DNA from: an archaeon
Lineage (GTDB): Archaea > B1Sed10-29 > WALL01
DNA: 40,856 nucleotides
Reading direction: 5' to 3'
NCBI GenBank assembly: GCA_042584585.1
Contig: JBHOSQ010000009.1
Location: 1-40,856 of the forward strand
In this document: one piece after another, positions 16,761 through 26,817 of the stretch
Layout: every line of letters starts with the position of its first letter
How positions within the stretch are numbered: position 1 is the first letter of the stretch
Translations under genes and position numbers: made by a program
The notes under the pieces: generated by a model
Seen by the model: the letters and a program-made list of their open reading frames with translations, nothing else
Databases searched by the model: none
What the model was told of the DNA's origin: nothing

Positions 16761-17132
16761 ATGGAATCCGTATTCACTGAAAAAGCCCCTGCCGCGGTCG
16801 GGCCGTACTCGCAGGCGATTAAATCCGGCGGTTTTGTTTTTACGGCCGGGCAAGTCGCCCTGACACCCGAAGGCACCCTCGTGAACGGCGGCATCCACGC
16901 GCAAACCGAGCAAGTAATCGCGAACCTCAAGGCAGTGCTCGAACAAGCCGGCACCAGCCTTCACAACGTCGTCAAAACAACTGTTTACCTAGCGGACCTC
17001 AACGACTTCGCCGGAATGAACGAGTCCTACGCCCAGCACTTCACCAGCAAGCCAGCGCGCTCCACAGTCCAAGTCGCGAAGCTACCCAAAGCAATGCTCG
17101 TAGAAATCGACGCAATCGCAGTGATTGAATGA
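16761..17132 (+). CDS. ridA: RidA/YjgF/UK114 enamine deaminase
   Basis: [35 protein letters not shown]. Confidence 0.93.
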   Translation: MESVFTEKAPAAVGPYSQAIKSGGFVFTAGQVALTPEGTLVNGGIHAQTEQVIANLKAVLEQAGTSLHNVVKTTVYLADLNDFAGMNESYAQHFTSKPARSTVQVAKLPKAMLVEIDAIAVIE

Positions 17133-18529
17133 AGCTGTTCAACACCCTCGGCAAAGAAAAGCAAGAGTTCCAGCCACTGGAAGGCAACAAAGTCACGATG
17201 TACGCATGCGGCCCAACCGTTTATGCCTTACCACACATCGGAAACTTCCGCACGTTCTTCTTCAGCGACATCGTCCACCGCTACCTCGAATACAAAGGGT
17301 TCGACGTCACCTTCGCCATGAACATCACCGACATCGACGACAAAACCATCCGCGACTCCGCAGCCGCCGGGATGTCACTCAAAGAATTCACCGAAAAATA
17401 CACCCAAGTCTTTTTCGACGGATTAGATGCATTAAACATAAAGCGCGCCGACTACTACCCCAAAGCCACGGACACAATCCCCGAAATGCTTGACCTAGTC
17501 CAGCACCTACTCGACAAAGAAATCGCATACCTCGTCAACGGCTCCGTCTACTACTCAATCCACAAGTTCCCCGCCTACGGAAAGCTCTCCGGCATGGACC
17601 TTGCCGCCCTCGAGCACGGCCACCGCGTCGACGTCGACGAATACGAAAAAGACGAGCCCGGAGACTTCGCGGTCTGGAAGCAGGCCTCTGCCGAGGAAAT
17701 CCAGCGAGGCATCTCATTCGACACGCCCTGGGGCAAGGGCCGGCCGGGCTGGCACATAGAATGCAGTGCAATGGCCCGCAAACAATTGGGCCAGCCATTC
17801 GACATACACATCGGCGGAGTCGACCTGATTTTCCCGCACCACGAAAACGAAATCGCGCAAAGCGAAGGCGCGTACGGCGACCAATTTGTCAAGTACTGGC
17901 TGCACGGCGAGCACCTCATCGTCGGCGGAAGAAAAATGTCGAAATCAAAAGGCAACTACTTCACCCTCACAGACCTGCTCAAGAATTATGGCTACAACGA
18001 AATCCGCTATTTGTTTTTGTCGACGCACTACCGCGACAAATTGGATTACACCGAGCCCACAATGAAAAACGCGGCCAACGCCGCCGCCAAACTAGAATTG
18101 GCTTTACAAAACATTGACTTTTTCATCGCCAACGCCGAAGTCGGGACCACGGACAAAGAGTTTTTGGCGGCAGTCGATAAAAGAAAAACAGAGTTCGACG
18201 ACGCGATGGACGACGACCTGGACACGCCGCGTGCGCTGCGCGCAATCCACGAGCTCGTGTCAGACATTTACAAGTACACCGGCAAGGAAAAGACGTCCCT
18301 TCTCAAAGCCAAGGAAACGCTCACCACTTTGCTGCACGTGTTCGGACTGTTCGAGAAAGAAGGTGAGCGCGAGCCGCTGGCCGACGTATTAATGGCCAAG
18401 GTAAAAGAGCGCGAGGCCGCCCGGGCCGCAAAGGACTGGGACAAGGCCGACACTATTCGTGAAGAATTGAAGAAAGCGCACATTCTTTTGGACGACTTCC
18501 CCGAAGGCACTTTGTGGAGAAGGGCCTAG
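17129..18529 (+). CDS. cysS: Cysteine--tRNA ligase
   Basis: [31 protein letters not shown]. Confidence 0.97.
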   Translation: MKLFNTLGKEKQEFQPLEGNKVTMYACGPTVYALPHIGNFRTFFFSDIVHRYLEYKGFDVTFAMNITDIDDKTIRDSAAAGMSLKEFTEKYTQVFFDGLDALNIKRADYYPKATDTIPEMLDLVQHLLDKEIAYLVNGSVYYSIHKFPAYGKLSGMDLAALEHGHRVDVDEYEKDEPGDFAVWKQASAEEIQRGISFDTPWGKGRPGWHIECSAMARKQLGQPFDIHIGGVDLIFPHHENEIAQSEGAYGDQFVKYWLHGEHLIVGGRKMSKSKGNYFTLTDLLKNYGYNEIRYLFLSTHYRDKLDYTEPTMKNAANAAAKLELALQNIDFFIANAEVGTTDKEFLAAVDKRKTEFDDAMDDDLDTPRALRAIHELVSDIYKYTGKEKTSLLKAKETLTTLLHVFGLFEKEGEREPLADVLMAKVKEREAARAAKDWDKADTIREELKKAHILLDDFPEGTLWRRA

Positions 18530-19308
18530 AGCGTGCTAACTATTGCCTTGACTTCCGCGTCGCTGCAGTCCTCTGCCTCGTTGTCACTGATTTTGCAGAA
18601 CAAAGCGGTCAATAGCTGTTCCTCTGTTTCTTCGCCGAGCACTTCACCGGAGCCAACGCGGTAATAGTTTCCCCCGACGATGACCAATGGAATGCTGCCA
18701 CCCGGCGAGTAATGGTTGAACGTCGAAATTTCGGGGTGGTCCGGTTCCAGGTCGACTTCGACCATGTGCGTCGTGATGGACGGGAACTTCTGGGCCACGC
18801 GCGTGAAGATAGGCTTTTCCCATTTGCAGTGCGGGCACCACGTCGTCCCGAAGAAGTACGCGAACGGCCTCGGGTCCTCATTCACCATGCGGAAGTACCC
18901 AATCGTCTCCGCGGAAAGCGTCAGGTCGTAGTCGTCGAACGGACATACGCTGCCGGCAGGGTCCTGCGGGTTGAACACGCAGTTCGTGGGGTCCAGGGGG
19001 TCGCATGTGCCGAACATGATGAAGTTGTACGCGCCGTATCCCGTGTAAAGCATTGACCCGAAAAACAATAGCGTGAACGCCCACGACACCAGCTTGTAGT
19101 TCTTGTGGATTAGCTTCGCTGTCTTGGGGCTTTTCTTGAATACCTTGCCCACGATTTTTCCCTTGATTTTTTGGTCGAACCCGGTGTTGCACGGCCGCAG
19201 CGTCGCCATGCGGAACACACAGTCGAACGCCTCGAGCGCGGTCTTCCGGTGGCTCGCCGAAAAAATTCCGAGGACCCCGAACACAACAAGAGCTACCAAG
19301 CAAAGCAT
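18526..19308 (-). CDS. Membrane-bound thioredoxin-fold protein
   Basis: N-terminal TM helices, WCPHC motif, cis-Pro loop SIP. Confidence 0.8.
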   Translation of the reverse strand: MLCLVALVVFGVLGIFSASHRKTALEAFDCVFRMATLRPCNTGFDQKIKGKIVGKVFKKSPKTAKLIHKNYKLVSWAFTLLFFGSMLYTGYGAYNFIMFGTCDPLDPTNCVFNPQDPAGSVCPFDDYDLTLSAETIGYFRMVNEDPRPFAYFFGTTWCPHCKWEKPIFTRVAQKFPSITTHMVEVDLEPDHPEISTFNHYSPGGSIPLVIVGGNYYRVGSGEVLGEETEEQLLTALFCKISDNEAEDCSDAEVKAIVSTL

Positions 19309-19399
19309 GGCATGAATTGTCGCCGTGCTTTTATTTAAGGGTTACCTTTTTATTTGCATTGCACGTCAGCAATCAGAAGGTGACAAATAAGTGAAATTA

Positions 19400-20425
19400 A
19401 TGCACATTGCTGGGCTCGTGCTTGCCCTGATCACCATCGCGCTTGTTCTTGGTCCAGTGGCGCTCGGCGCGCCAATCAGCCTCGCCTACCAGAACTCACT
19501 CTTAATATTTGACAACGCGATTCACTACGCCTTGATTTCACTGCCATGGGTAATCGCGGGAGTAATCCTCGCGGGTATGTCACTGGAATTCATCCCCCGA
19601 AAATGGTTCGCCCAGGAGCTCGGCGGCACAGGGCCCCGCTCGGTGTGCAAGGCAGGGGCCATGGGCGTGCTTTTGGACGTCTGCTCGCACTGTGCACTGA
19701 CAATGGGCATGTCCTTCTACCGGAGTGGCGCGTCGGCCGCAGCGACAATCACTTTTCTCCTGGCCACGCCATGGCTCGGCCTCATGGAAACCATGCTGAT
19801 GATTGGCCTGCTCGGGTGGAAAATAACCGTCGCCCTCGTTGTCTCATCCATACTCGTCGCAGTCATCGTCGGCCTAATCCTCGGCGTGTTCGAAAGAAAC
19901 GGCTGGATCGAGACCCACAAGAAAAAGGTAAAGGCCAAGAAAATAAACATTTACAAAACGGCGACGAAAAGCCTGGAAGCGTTTACATGGGCTGAATTCC
20001 CGCCCCGCTTTGTGTCCGCAGTCAAGAAAGGCCTTGACTTGTTCTCAGGGTTCGCGGGCTGGTTTTTGATTGGGTTCACCGCAAGCGGCGTGCTCCTGAC
20101 GTTCGTCACTCCCGAGCAAATAACGTCTCTTCTCGGCTACGCCAACACAATGGGGATTCCCTACACCGTCGTGGTAGCAACCATTATTGAGGCGTGTTCG
20201 GAAGGCCTGATATTCATCGGCGCCGCGTTCAACGACATGGGTGCGTCAATCGGCGCAATCTTCGTGTTCTTCATGGTCGGCGTCGCAAGTGACGTGACAG
20301 AGCTGGGAGTAATCAATGAAGTCATCGGAAAAAGAGCGGCAATCGCAACCGTCGGCGTCGCGATTCCGGTTTCAATGGCTTTCGCTTATGCCCTTAACTG
20401 GATTTGGGTTATGTTCGTGCTCTAG
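19400..20425 (+). CDS. DUF318/ArsP-family permease
   Basis: About 8 TM helices in a duplicated architecture with VCSHC / ACSEG and FL.ATP motifs. Confidence 0.8.
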   Translation: MHIAGLVLALITIALVLGPVALGAPISLAYQNSLLIFDNAIHYALISLPWVIAGVILAGMSLEFIPRKWFAQELGGTGPRSVCKAGAMGVLLDVCSHCALTMGMSFYRSGASAAATITFLLATPWLGLMETMLMIGLLGWKITVALVVSSILVAVIVGLILGVFERNGWIETHKKKVKAKKINIYKTATKSLEAFTWAEFPPRFVSAVKKGLDLFSGFAGWFLIGFTASGVLLTFVTPEQITSLLGYANTMGIPYTVVVATIIEACSEGLIFIGAAFNDMGASIGAIFVFFMVGVASDVTELGVINEVIGKRAAIATVGVAIPVSMAFAYALNWIWVMFVL

Positions 20426-20595
20426 ACCGAAATCGCGCCCACGGGGCACGCCTCGGCAGCAGCCTTGATGCACGCAGCTTTTTCCCCACCCGCTTTTGGC
20501 TGGGACTTTCCGTCGCCCGCCATTTCAAACCCTTCCGGGCACGTGGCGGCGCACGCGCCGCACCCAATGCACAATCCCTTGTTTATTGTCACCAT
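20422..20595 (-). CDS. Monocluster ferredoxin
   Basis: CIGCGACAATCP...CPVGAI. Confidence 0.92.
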   Translation of the reverse strand: MVTINKGLCIGCGACAATCPEGFEMAGDGKSQPKAGGEKAACIKAAAEACPVGAISV

Positions 20596-20604
20596 TGTAT
20601 TCAC

Positions 20605-20766
20605 CTATAACTCAATCGAGTTCACGGGGCACGAGTTCTTCGCGGCCTCGGCACAGTCACTGTTTTCTTTGGGGTGTGCCTTGCCGTCCCCGCCCATTTC
20701 AAAGCTTGCCGGGCAAACCGCGACGCACGCGCCGCACCCGATGCAAGTATCGTTTACCTTAATCAT
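20605..20766 (-). CDS. Second monocluster ferredoxin (53 aa, missing from the ORF track)
   Basis: Hand translation: MIKVNDTCIGCGACVAVCPASFEMGGDGKAHPKENSDCAEAAKNSCPVNSIEL. Confidence 0.92.
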   Translation of the reverse strand: MIKVNDTCIGCGACVAVCPASFEMGGDGKAHPKENSDCAEAAKNSCPVNSIEL

Positions 20767-20772
20767 TTTGGT

Positions 20773-20970
20773 TCATTCCTTAATCGCTTCGTTGATTTGC
20801 TTCACGAGCTTGTCCACGTCAATTCCGTGGGCAGCGCAGCCCTGCTCCAGTGTCTCGTACTGCGCGAGCGCACAGCCAAGGCAGTGAAAGCCCGCTTCTG
20901 CCAGCACGGGCACGGACTCAGGGTGGCTGTTCACGAGCTCCATGATGTTGATGTCCTTTGTAACAACCAT
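20773..20970 (-). CDS. DUF1858 domain protein
   Basis: VTKD..I.ELV..HPE...VL...GFHCLGC..A..ETLEQG...HGID signature. Confidence 0.88.
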   Translation of the reverse strand: MVVTKDINIMELVNSHPESVPVLAEAGFHCLGCALAQYETLEQGCAAHGIDVDKLVKQINEAIKE

Positions 20971-21070
20971 ACTCCGTTGTTGCACACCAAGCGTATTTAA
21001 TTGTTGCCTCGGCGTTTGACGGGAAAACCATTATATATAATTCTTTTAATAAGTCCCATCGGTGAACCCC

Positions 21071-21742
21071 ATGCTTTCCCCAAAACAACTACTTTTCATT
21101 CTAGCCTTCAGCGCCCTCGTGCTGATTGGCTCACAAATAAACTTCTCGCCGCTGCTCGGCGCCGAAAACCAATTCTTCACGCTGTTCCAATTCTTCGGGC
21201 CGACCGCAGGAATGTTCCTCGGCCCCATCATTGGAGCCGCGTCCGTCCTGCTGGCGGAAATAGTGAACTTTGTGTTTGTCGGCAAAGAATTCACAATCAT
21301 TAACCTGTTCCGGCTCACGCCAATGCTCTTTGCTGCTGCGTACTTCGGCAGCAAGGCAAAGAAACAGCGGTACTTCGCGGCCATCCCCCTGCTCGCGATG
21401 GTTGCGTTCTGGCTGCACCCCGTCGGCCAAGAGGCATGGTTCTACGCGTTGTACTGGCTCTTGCCAATCACGGCCACGCTCAAGCCCAACCTGGTGTCGC
21501 GCTCAATCGGCGCAACGTTCACCGCCCACGCCGTCGGCAGCGTCGCATTCCTCTACGCTGTTCCCACAACTCCGGCGCTTTGGATTGGCTTGATCCCAGT
21601 CGTCGCGATGGAGCGCGGATTGTTCTCGCTCGGCATCGCCGGCAGCTACATCGTGCTCAACACAGTGATGGCACGCCTGCACCTCCCGGTGTTCGACGTC
21701 GACAAGCGATACGTGCTCTCAAAAAAGCTTTTGCTCGGGTGA
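21071..21742 (+). CDS. Polytopic membrane protein, ECF transporter S-component-like
   Basis: About 6 TM helices; FGP..G.FLGP..G pattern near the N-terminus. Confidence 0.55.
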   Translation: MLSPKQLLFILAFSALVLIGSQINFSPLLGAENQFFTLFQFFGPTAGMFLGPIIGAASVLLAEIVNFVFVGKEFTIINLFRLTPMLFAAAYFGSKAKKQRYFAAIPLLAMVAFWLHPVGQEAWFYALYWLLPITATLKPNLVSRSIGATFTAHAVGSVAFLYAVPTTPALWIGLIPVVAMERGLFSLGIAGSYIVLNTVMARLHLPVFDVDKRYVLSKKLLLG

Positions 21743-21748
21743 ATTAAA

Positions 21749-21982
21749 ATGGCAGCAAAGAAAAAACGCAAACCATCTTCGGCGAAGAAAAAGACCACGG
21801 CGAAAAAACCCGCCAAGTTCCCGGTCATAAAGGCCCAGAACAAATTCAGGCTCTCCGACAACCAGACCTATGCAATCGGAGTCGTCGTGATTGCGTTTCT
21901 TGTGATTTTGATTTGGTATGCGATGAGCATGCAGCTCGGCAACCCCGCTCCGGCGCCAATGGCGATGGAGCTTGTTCCATGA
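21749..21982 (+). CDS. Small protein with Lys-rich N-terminus and single TM helix
   Basis: SD GGGTGA; AAKKKRKPSSAKKKTTAKKPAK then TM; ATGA overlap with the next gene. Confidence 0.7.
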   Translation: MAAKKKRKPSSAKKKTTAKKPAKFPVIKAQNKFRLSDNQTYAIGVVVIAFLVILIWYAMSMQLGNPAPAPMAMELVP

Positions 21983-22344
21983 ACATCGCGGTAATCGGCG
22001 CTTCCAACGACAAGGAAAAATGGGGCAACAAGGCCGTTAGGGCCTACGCCACCATGGGCTGGACCGTTTTCCCAATCAACCCCCACGACCGCGAGGTCGA
22101 GGGCCTCGAGGCATACAAGTCCGTGCTTAAGGTGCCGTACAAAATCGACCGGGTTTCTCTTTACACCCCGGCGGAAGTGTCACTAAAGCTCGTGAACCAA
22201 ATCAGGAAAGTCGGCGCAAAAGAAGTGTTCATCAACCCCGGCGCAGAGTCAGACGAATTAATCGAGGCACTCAAAAAAGCGGGGATAAAGCCGCTGCTGC
22301 AGTGCTCAATAATCGCAATCGGCGTGGACCCAAGCAGGCTATAA
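21979..22344 (+). CDS. CoA-binding protein (YccU-like)
   Basis: IAVIGAS....KWG, VFPINP, NPGAES. Confidence 0.88.
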   Translation: MNIAVIGASNDKEKWGNKAVRAYATMGWTVFPINPHDREVEGLEAYKSVLKVPYKIDRVSLYTPAEVSLKLVNQIRKVGAKEVFINPGAESDELIEALKKAGIKPLLQCSIIAIGVDPSRL

Positions 22345-22992
22345 CCGCTTTGGCTCTTCAATCCTTTTTATCACAGGCTTGCCCTTGATCTCGCTTTTCT
22401 GCACCAAGTCTTTTCCCTTGAACGCCCGGCCGGCCGCGTTTATCTCGTCGTGCAACACGTTGGGGTCTATGCCGAACTGCTTCAGCGTCTCTTCCTGCCT
22501 GGGTATCCCCTTGCCGATTATGCTCCTCGCAAAGTTGTAAGCCTCGTCCCTTCTTTCCGGGAACTTCTGTGCCACCCTCATCGCAATGCTGGCCGCGGAC
22601 TGCTGGCGGTTTTGCGACACTTCCTTCGCCATGGTCTTGCCCGCGCCTTCCCCACCCCACAAGTACTGTAAAGGCTCTTCCGCGGTCATGGAAATGATTT
22701 GTGTCTTGCTTCGCACCAAAAGCTTTTGCTCCAGCAAATACTCCAGCGCTTTATCGAACTTGGCCTCGAACTTCTCCCGAGTCCTCTTCTTCGAAAGCTT
22801 TTCCCTAAGCTCGTCACTAACCTTTTCGAGAATTTGATTGCGGACCTGGTGCACCTCAAAAGTGCCTTTTTTGGACACAAGTTTCGGGATTACTTTTTCC
22901 AGTGCCCCTGAAATATCCCACGCGTGCTCCTCGCCAACCGACCCTGCGGCGATGCTGACGGCTTTGTCTATGTGTTCCCCCTTCGTGGCCAT
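22339..22992 (-). CDS. Hypothetical basic protein
   Basis: 217-aa ORF filling the gap, divergent from iscS across a TATA-containing spacer. Confidence 0.65.
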   Translation of the reverse strand: MATKGEHIDKAVSIAAGSVGEEHAWDISGALEKVIPKLVSKKGTFEVHQVRNQILEKVSDELREKLSKKRTREKFEAKFDKALEYLLEQKLLVRSKTQIISMTAEEPLQYLWGGEGAGKTMAKEVSQNRQQSAASIAMRVAQKFPERRDEAYNFARSIIGKGIPRQEETLKQFGIDPNVLHDEINAAGRAFKGKDLVQKSEIKGKPVIKRIEEPKRL

Positions 22993-23047
22993 ACAATAAG
23001 TTAGGAACGTAGTGTATATAAATGACTCCGCCAAAAGTAACAGCTAC

Positions 23048-24199
23048 ATGCGCGTTTACTTAGACCATGCAGCCACGACGCCAGTACGGCCCGAAGCCCT
23101 CGAGGCAATGCAGCCCTTTTTCAGCGAAAAATACGGCAACGCATCCTCCCTCCACAGCTTCGGCCAGGAAGCCAAGGAAGCCCTCGAGACAAGCCGCGCC
23201 ACAGTCGCCAAGCTCGTGAACGCCGCGCCCGAACAAGTAGTCTTCACGTCCAGCGGCACAGAGTCAAACAACACAATCATCAAAGGCACTGCCTTCCGCG
23301 CCGGCAAAGGCCACATCCTCACCTCATCAATCGAGCACCCCTGCATACTCAACACATGCAAATGGCTCGAAACCCGCGGGTTCGAAGTCACCTACCTCCC
23401 CGTCGACACCAACGGAATCGTCTCCCCCGAAGAATTCGCCTCCGCGCTCCGCAGCGACACAATCATCGCCTCCGTAATGGCGGCCAACAACGAAATCGGC
23501 ACCATACAGCCCATCGCCGAACTCCAAAAAATCGCTTCCGAGCGTGGCATTCTGTTCCACACCGACGCGGTCCAAACGTTCGGCAAAATCCCGCTCGCCA
23601 AAACGGACGCGCTCACCGTTTCCTCACACAAGCTCGACGGCCCAAAAGGCGTCGGAATGCTTATCGGCGGGGACTTCGACCCATTGCTCCACGGCGGAGG
23701 CCACGAGTTCAACAAGCGCTCCAGCACAGAAAACGTCGCGGGCATCGTCGGGTTCGCCAAAGCCGCGGAACTAGCGTTCGCCGAAATGGGCGCAGAAGCC
23801 AAGCGCCAAACAGCACTCCGCGACAAACTAATCGACTCCCTGCTCACAATCGAGCGCACCCAACTCAACGGCTCGCGCGAAAAGCGCCTGCCCAACAACG
23901 TGAACGTGTGGTTCGAGTTCATCGAGGGCGAGGCCCTCGTGCTCATGCTCGACGCCGACGGAATCGCCGCGTCAACCGGCTCCGCATGCTCACAAAAAGA
24001 ATTGAAGGCGTCACACGTTTTGCTTGCGCTTGGGCTCGAGGCCCACCAGGCACACGGCTCACTCCGGCTCACGCTCGGCAGGCAAAACACGGGTGAAGAA
24101 ATCGACTACGCGCTCGAAAAAATCCCGCCCGTGGTCCAGCGCCTGCGCAAAATGTCGCCGTTCAAAAAAGAATACGAAGGATTCGAGAGGGAAGACTGA
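23048..24199 (+). CDS. iscS: Cysteine desulfurase IscS/NifS (group I)
   Basis: YLDHAATTP, HTDAVQ, SSHKLDGPKG, STGSACS. Confidence 0.95.
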   Translation: MRVYLDHAATTPVRPEALEAMQPFFSEKYGNASSLHSFGQEAKEALETSRATVAKLVNAAPEQVVFTSSGTESNNTIIKGTAFRAGKGHILTSSIEHPCILNTCKWLETRGFEVTYLPVDTNGIVSPEEFASALRSDTIIASVMAANNEIGTIQPIAELQKIASERGILFHTDAVQTFGKIPLAKTDALTVSSHKLDGPKGVGMLIGGDFDPLLHGGGHEFNKRSSTENVAGIVGFAKAAELAFAEMGAEAKRQTALRDKLIDSLLTIERTQLNGSREKRLPNNVNVWFEFIEGEALVLMLDADGIAASTGSACSQKELKASHVLLALGLEAHQAHGSLRLTLGRQNTGEEIDYALEKIPPVVQRLRKMSPFKKEYEGFERED

Positions 24200-24573
24200 T
24201 GGCACTGTACAGCGAAAAAGTGATGGAGCACTTCCGCAACCCCCACAACATGGGAAAAATCGAGGGGGCCGACGGCGTCGGCAAAGTAGGCAACCCCATC
24301 TGCGGTGACGTGATGTACATCTACATCAAGGTCAAGGACAACGTAATCGAAGACATCAAGTTCGAGACCTTCGGCTGCGCGTCCGCAATCGCCACTTCGT
24401 CAATGATTACCGATTTGGCAAAAGGAAAAACGCTCGAGGAAGCGGAAAAAATCACTCGCGACCAAGTCGCGGGCGACCTCGGCGGCCTTCCGCCAATTAA
24501 GATGCACTGCAGCAACCTCGCGGCCGACGCATTGCGCGAGGCAATCAAGGACTACAGGAGCAAATCAAAATGA
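24199..24573 (+). CDS. iscU: Fe-S scaffold IscU/NifU-N
   Basis: GNPICGD, FGCASA, LPPIKMHCS. Confidence 0.96.
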   Translation: MALYSEKVMEHFRNPHNMGKIEGADGVGKVGNPICGDVMYIYIKVKDNVIEDIKFETFGCASAIATSSMITDLAKGKTLEEAEKITRDQVAGDLGGLPPIKMHCSNLAADALREAIKDYRSKSK

Positions 24574-25763
24574 ACGTGCGCAAAGACTTCCCGATTCTCG
24601 AAAAGAAAATCAACGGGAAGCCAATCATTTACTTTGACAACTCGTGCGTCACGCTGAAGCCAACGCAAGTGGTCGACGCCATGAACAAGTACTACACCGA
24701 CTTCACCGCGTGCCACGGCCGCAGCGCCCACGCGTTCGCCCAAGAAACAACCAACCATTTCGAGGAGTCGCGCCGCACAGTCGAAAAGTTCGTCAACGCA
24801 GGCAAAAACGAAATCATTTTCACGCGCAACACGACAGAGGCAATCAACATCGTCGCGAACGGCCTTGACCTCAAGGGCGGCACGGTCGTGACGACGAACC
24901 TGGAGCACAACTCGAACCTCGTGCCGTGGCTTCGCCTCGCCAAACACGGCGTGAGCCACAAAATGGTTCCAGTCACTGACGGCTTCCTGGACCTGGAACG
25001 CTTGGCCGAAGCAGTCGACAAGGACACAAAGCTCGTCTCTCTCGTACACACTTCCAACGTCACGGGCGCGACCCTTGACGCGCGCGAGGCAGCCAAAATC
25101 GCGCACGACAACGGCGCATTGCTCTTGCTTGACTCCGCGCAGGCGGCGCCGCACACTCCAATCGACGTCAAGAAAATGGACGTTGACTTCCTTGCCTTTT
25201 CTGGCCACAAAATGGTTGGGCCTTCGGGCACCGGCGCGCTGTACGGCAAAAAAGAATTGCTCGAGAACCTGGACCAGTTTCTGCTCGGCGGCAGCACGGT
25301 CAAAGACGTTTCCGCAACCGACTGGGTTCCGGAGGACTTGCCTGGCAAGTTCGAGGCCGGGCTCCAGGACTATGCGGGCGCCATGGGCTTCGCCGCAGCT
25401 GCTGACTATTTAATGCGCATCGGCATGGACAACGTGCGCGACTTCGAAAAAGAGTTGGGCGCGCACTTGCTCGATGGCCTCGCAGGCATTGACAAGGTCA
25501 CGGTCTTTGGCGGAGACGCACCGGAGCGTGCGGCACTCGCGTCGTTTACTGTGGACGGGATGGAGCCGCATGACGTCGCGCTGATTATGAACGAGTCGCA
25601 CAATATTTTCCTGCGGTCGGGCATGCATTGCGCGCATTTGTTCCACAAGGAAACCGGGTTGCCGAAGGGAACCGTCCGCGCCAGCCTGTATATCTATAAT
25701 ACTAAAGAAGAAGTGGACACGTTCGTGTCGGTGCTTTCCGACGTCGTGAACACTTTCGCGTGA
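24570..25763 (+). CDS. sufS: Cysteine desulfurase SufS/CsdA (group II)
   Basis: RKDFPIL, LEHNSN, FSGHKM.GP.G.G, RSGMHCA. Confidence 0.92.
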   Translation: MNVRKDFPILEKKINGKPIIYFDNSCVTLKPTQVVDAMNKYYTDFTACHGRSAHAFAQETTNHFEESRRTVEKFVNAGKNEIIFTRNTTEAINIVANGLDLKGGTVVTTNLEHNSNLVPWLRLAKHGVSHKMVPVTDGFLDLERLAEAVDKDTKLVSLVHTSNVTGATLDAREAAKIAHDNGALLLLDSAQAAPHTPIDVKKMDVDFLAFSGHKMVGPSGTGALYGKKELLENLDQFLLGGSTVKDVSATDWVPEDLPGKFEAGLQDYAGAMGFAAAADYLMRIGMDNVRDFEKELGAHLLDGLAGIDKVTVFGGDAPERAALASFTVDGMEPHDVALIMNESHNIFLRSGMHCAHLFHKETGLPKGTVRASLYIYNTKEEVDTFVSVLSDVVNTFA

Positions 25764-25768
25764 TTGCC

Positions 25769-26788
25769 ATGAAAAAACTTGCTTTGGTCGCACTCGTGAC
25801 GCTCGTCGTGTTGGCCGGGTGCCTAAACATCTTCGGGGGGGAACCCTTAACCACTTGCGAAGAAGGCTACGAGGAAAACGAACACGGTTTATGCGTTTCA
25901 TTAAATGAAACGGCTCCCACTCCAGAACCAACTCCAACACCGACGCCTACTCCCGAGCCAACACCGACTCCCGTTCCCGACCCGTACCATTCTGTCGAGG
26001 TGGGCCAGTCCATCGAGAAAGGTGATTTCATGGTCACGATTGTTTCGGTGGGCATGTACAACTACACTTCCCCGTTCGGCGAGGAATTGCGGGACTATCG
26101 CGTTGACCTGCGGATAAGGAATTCCGCGGACACTGAAGAGGAGTACCGGTTCGGCTACATTTTGATGGGCGAAGACGTGGAGTACGACGTGCGCTGGCAT
26201 TCCACTCTTTACGAGAAAGGGCTTTTGCAGCCAGGCGAAGTTATTGAAGGAATGGTGCTTTACGACGTGGGCGGCGAAGAGGGCCCGTTCAAGCTCCAGG
26301 TAAAGACGTACAGCCTCGCAGAGCACGATTACATGAACGTCATCGGCAAGAATTCCATCGAGAAGCCGGTGGTCGGCGTGATTAACTACGGCGACGTGTG
26401 CGGCGAAAGTGCTTTAGGCGAGGAGTACCTCGGCGACTTACTTGGCACCGCGGGCTGCGACGAGATTTCTTCGGCGCGGGACTGGTTCAACTACCCGTCG
26501 TGGATTGAGGACGGCGTCGTGATTACGCGGCTTAAGGCAAAGAACCATGGCGACGAGCCCGTTACCGTGCTTATCGTGAACGAGGTGCCCGACCGCTTTG
26601 GGATTACGGCTCGCGACCTTAACTATACTTATGAGCCGATTTTCCTGGACGATTACCACCCTGCGTGGTTCGTGAAGCTGGGGCGCAACGAGATTTGGCT
26701 GACGCAAATCAATTACTCAATGTACCTCGAGAGCTCGGAAGTAGAGGCAATGGCAGCGCCTGTTGTGCTGCCCTTAATTGGTCTATAA
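25769..26788 (+). CDS. Putative lipoprotein with Pro/Thr stalk and beta-sandwich (DUF4352-like) domain
   Basis: MKK, hydrophobic core, LAGC lipobox; PTPEPTPTP repeats; LQPGE..EG...YDV. Confidence 0.75.
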   Translation: MKKLALVALVTLVVLAGCLNIFGGEPLTTCEEGYEENEHGLCVSLNETAPTPEPTPTPTPTPEPTPTPVPDPYHSVEVGQSIEKGDFMVTIVSVGMYNYTSPFGEELRDYRVDLRIRNSADTEEEYRFGYILMGEDVEYDVRWHSTLYEKGLLQPGEVIEGMVLYDVGGEEGPFKLQVKTYSLAEHDYMNVIGKNSIEKPVVGVINYGDVCGESALGEEYLGDLLGTAGCDEISSARDWFNYPSWIEDGVVITRLKAKNHGDEPVTVLIVNEVPDRFGITARDLNYTYEPIFLDDYHPAWFVKLGRNEIWLTQINYSMYLESSEVEAMAAPVVLPLIGL

Positions 26789-26817
26789 TTAAATAGCCCA
26801 ACCGTGTTTTCCTTGGC

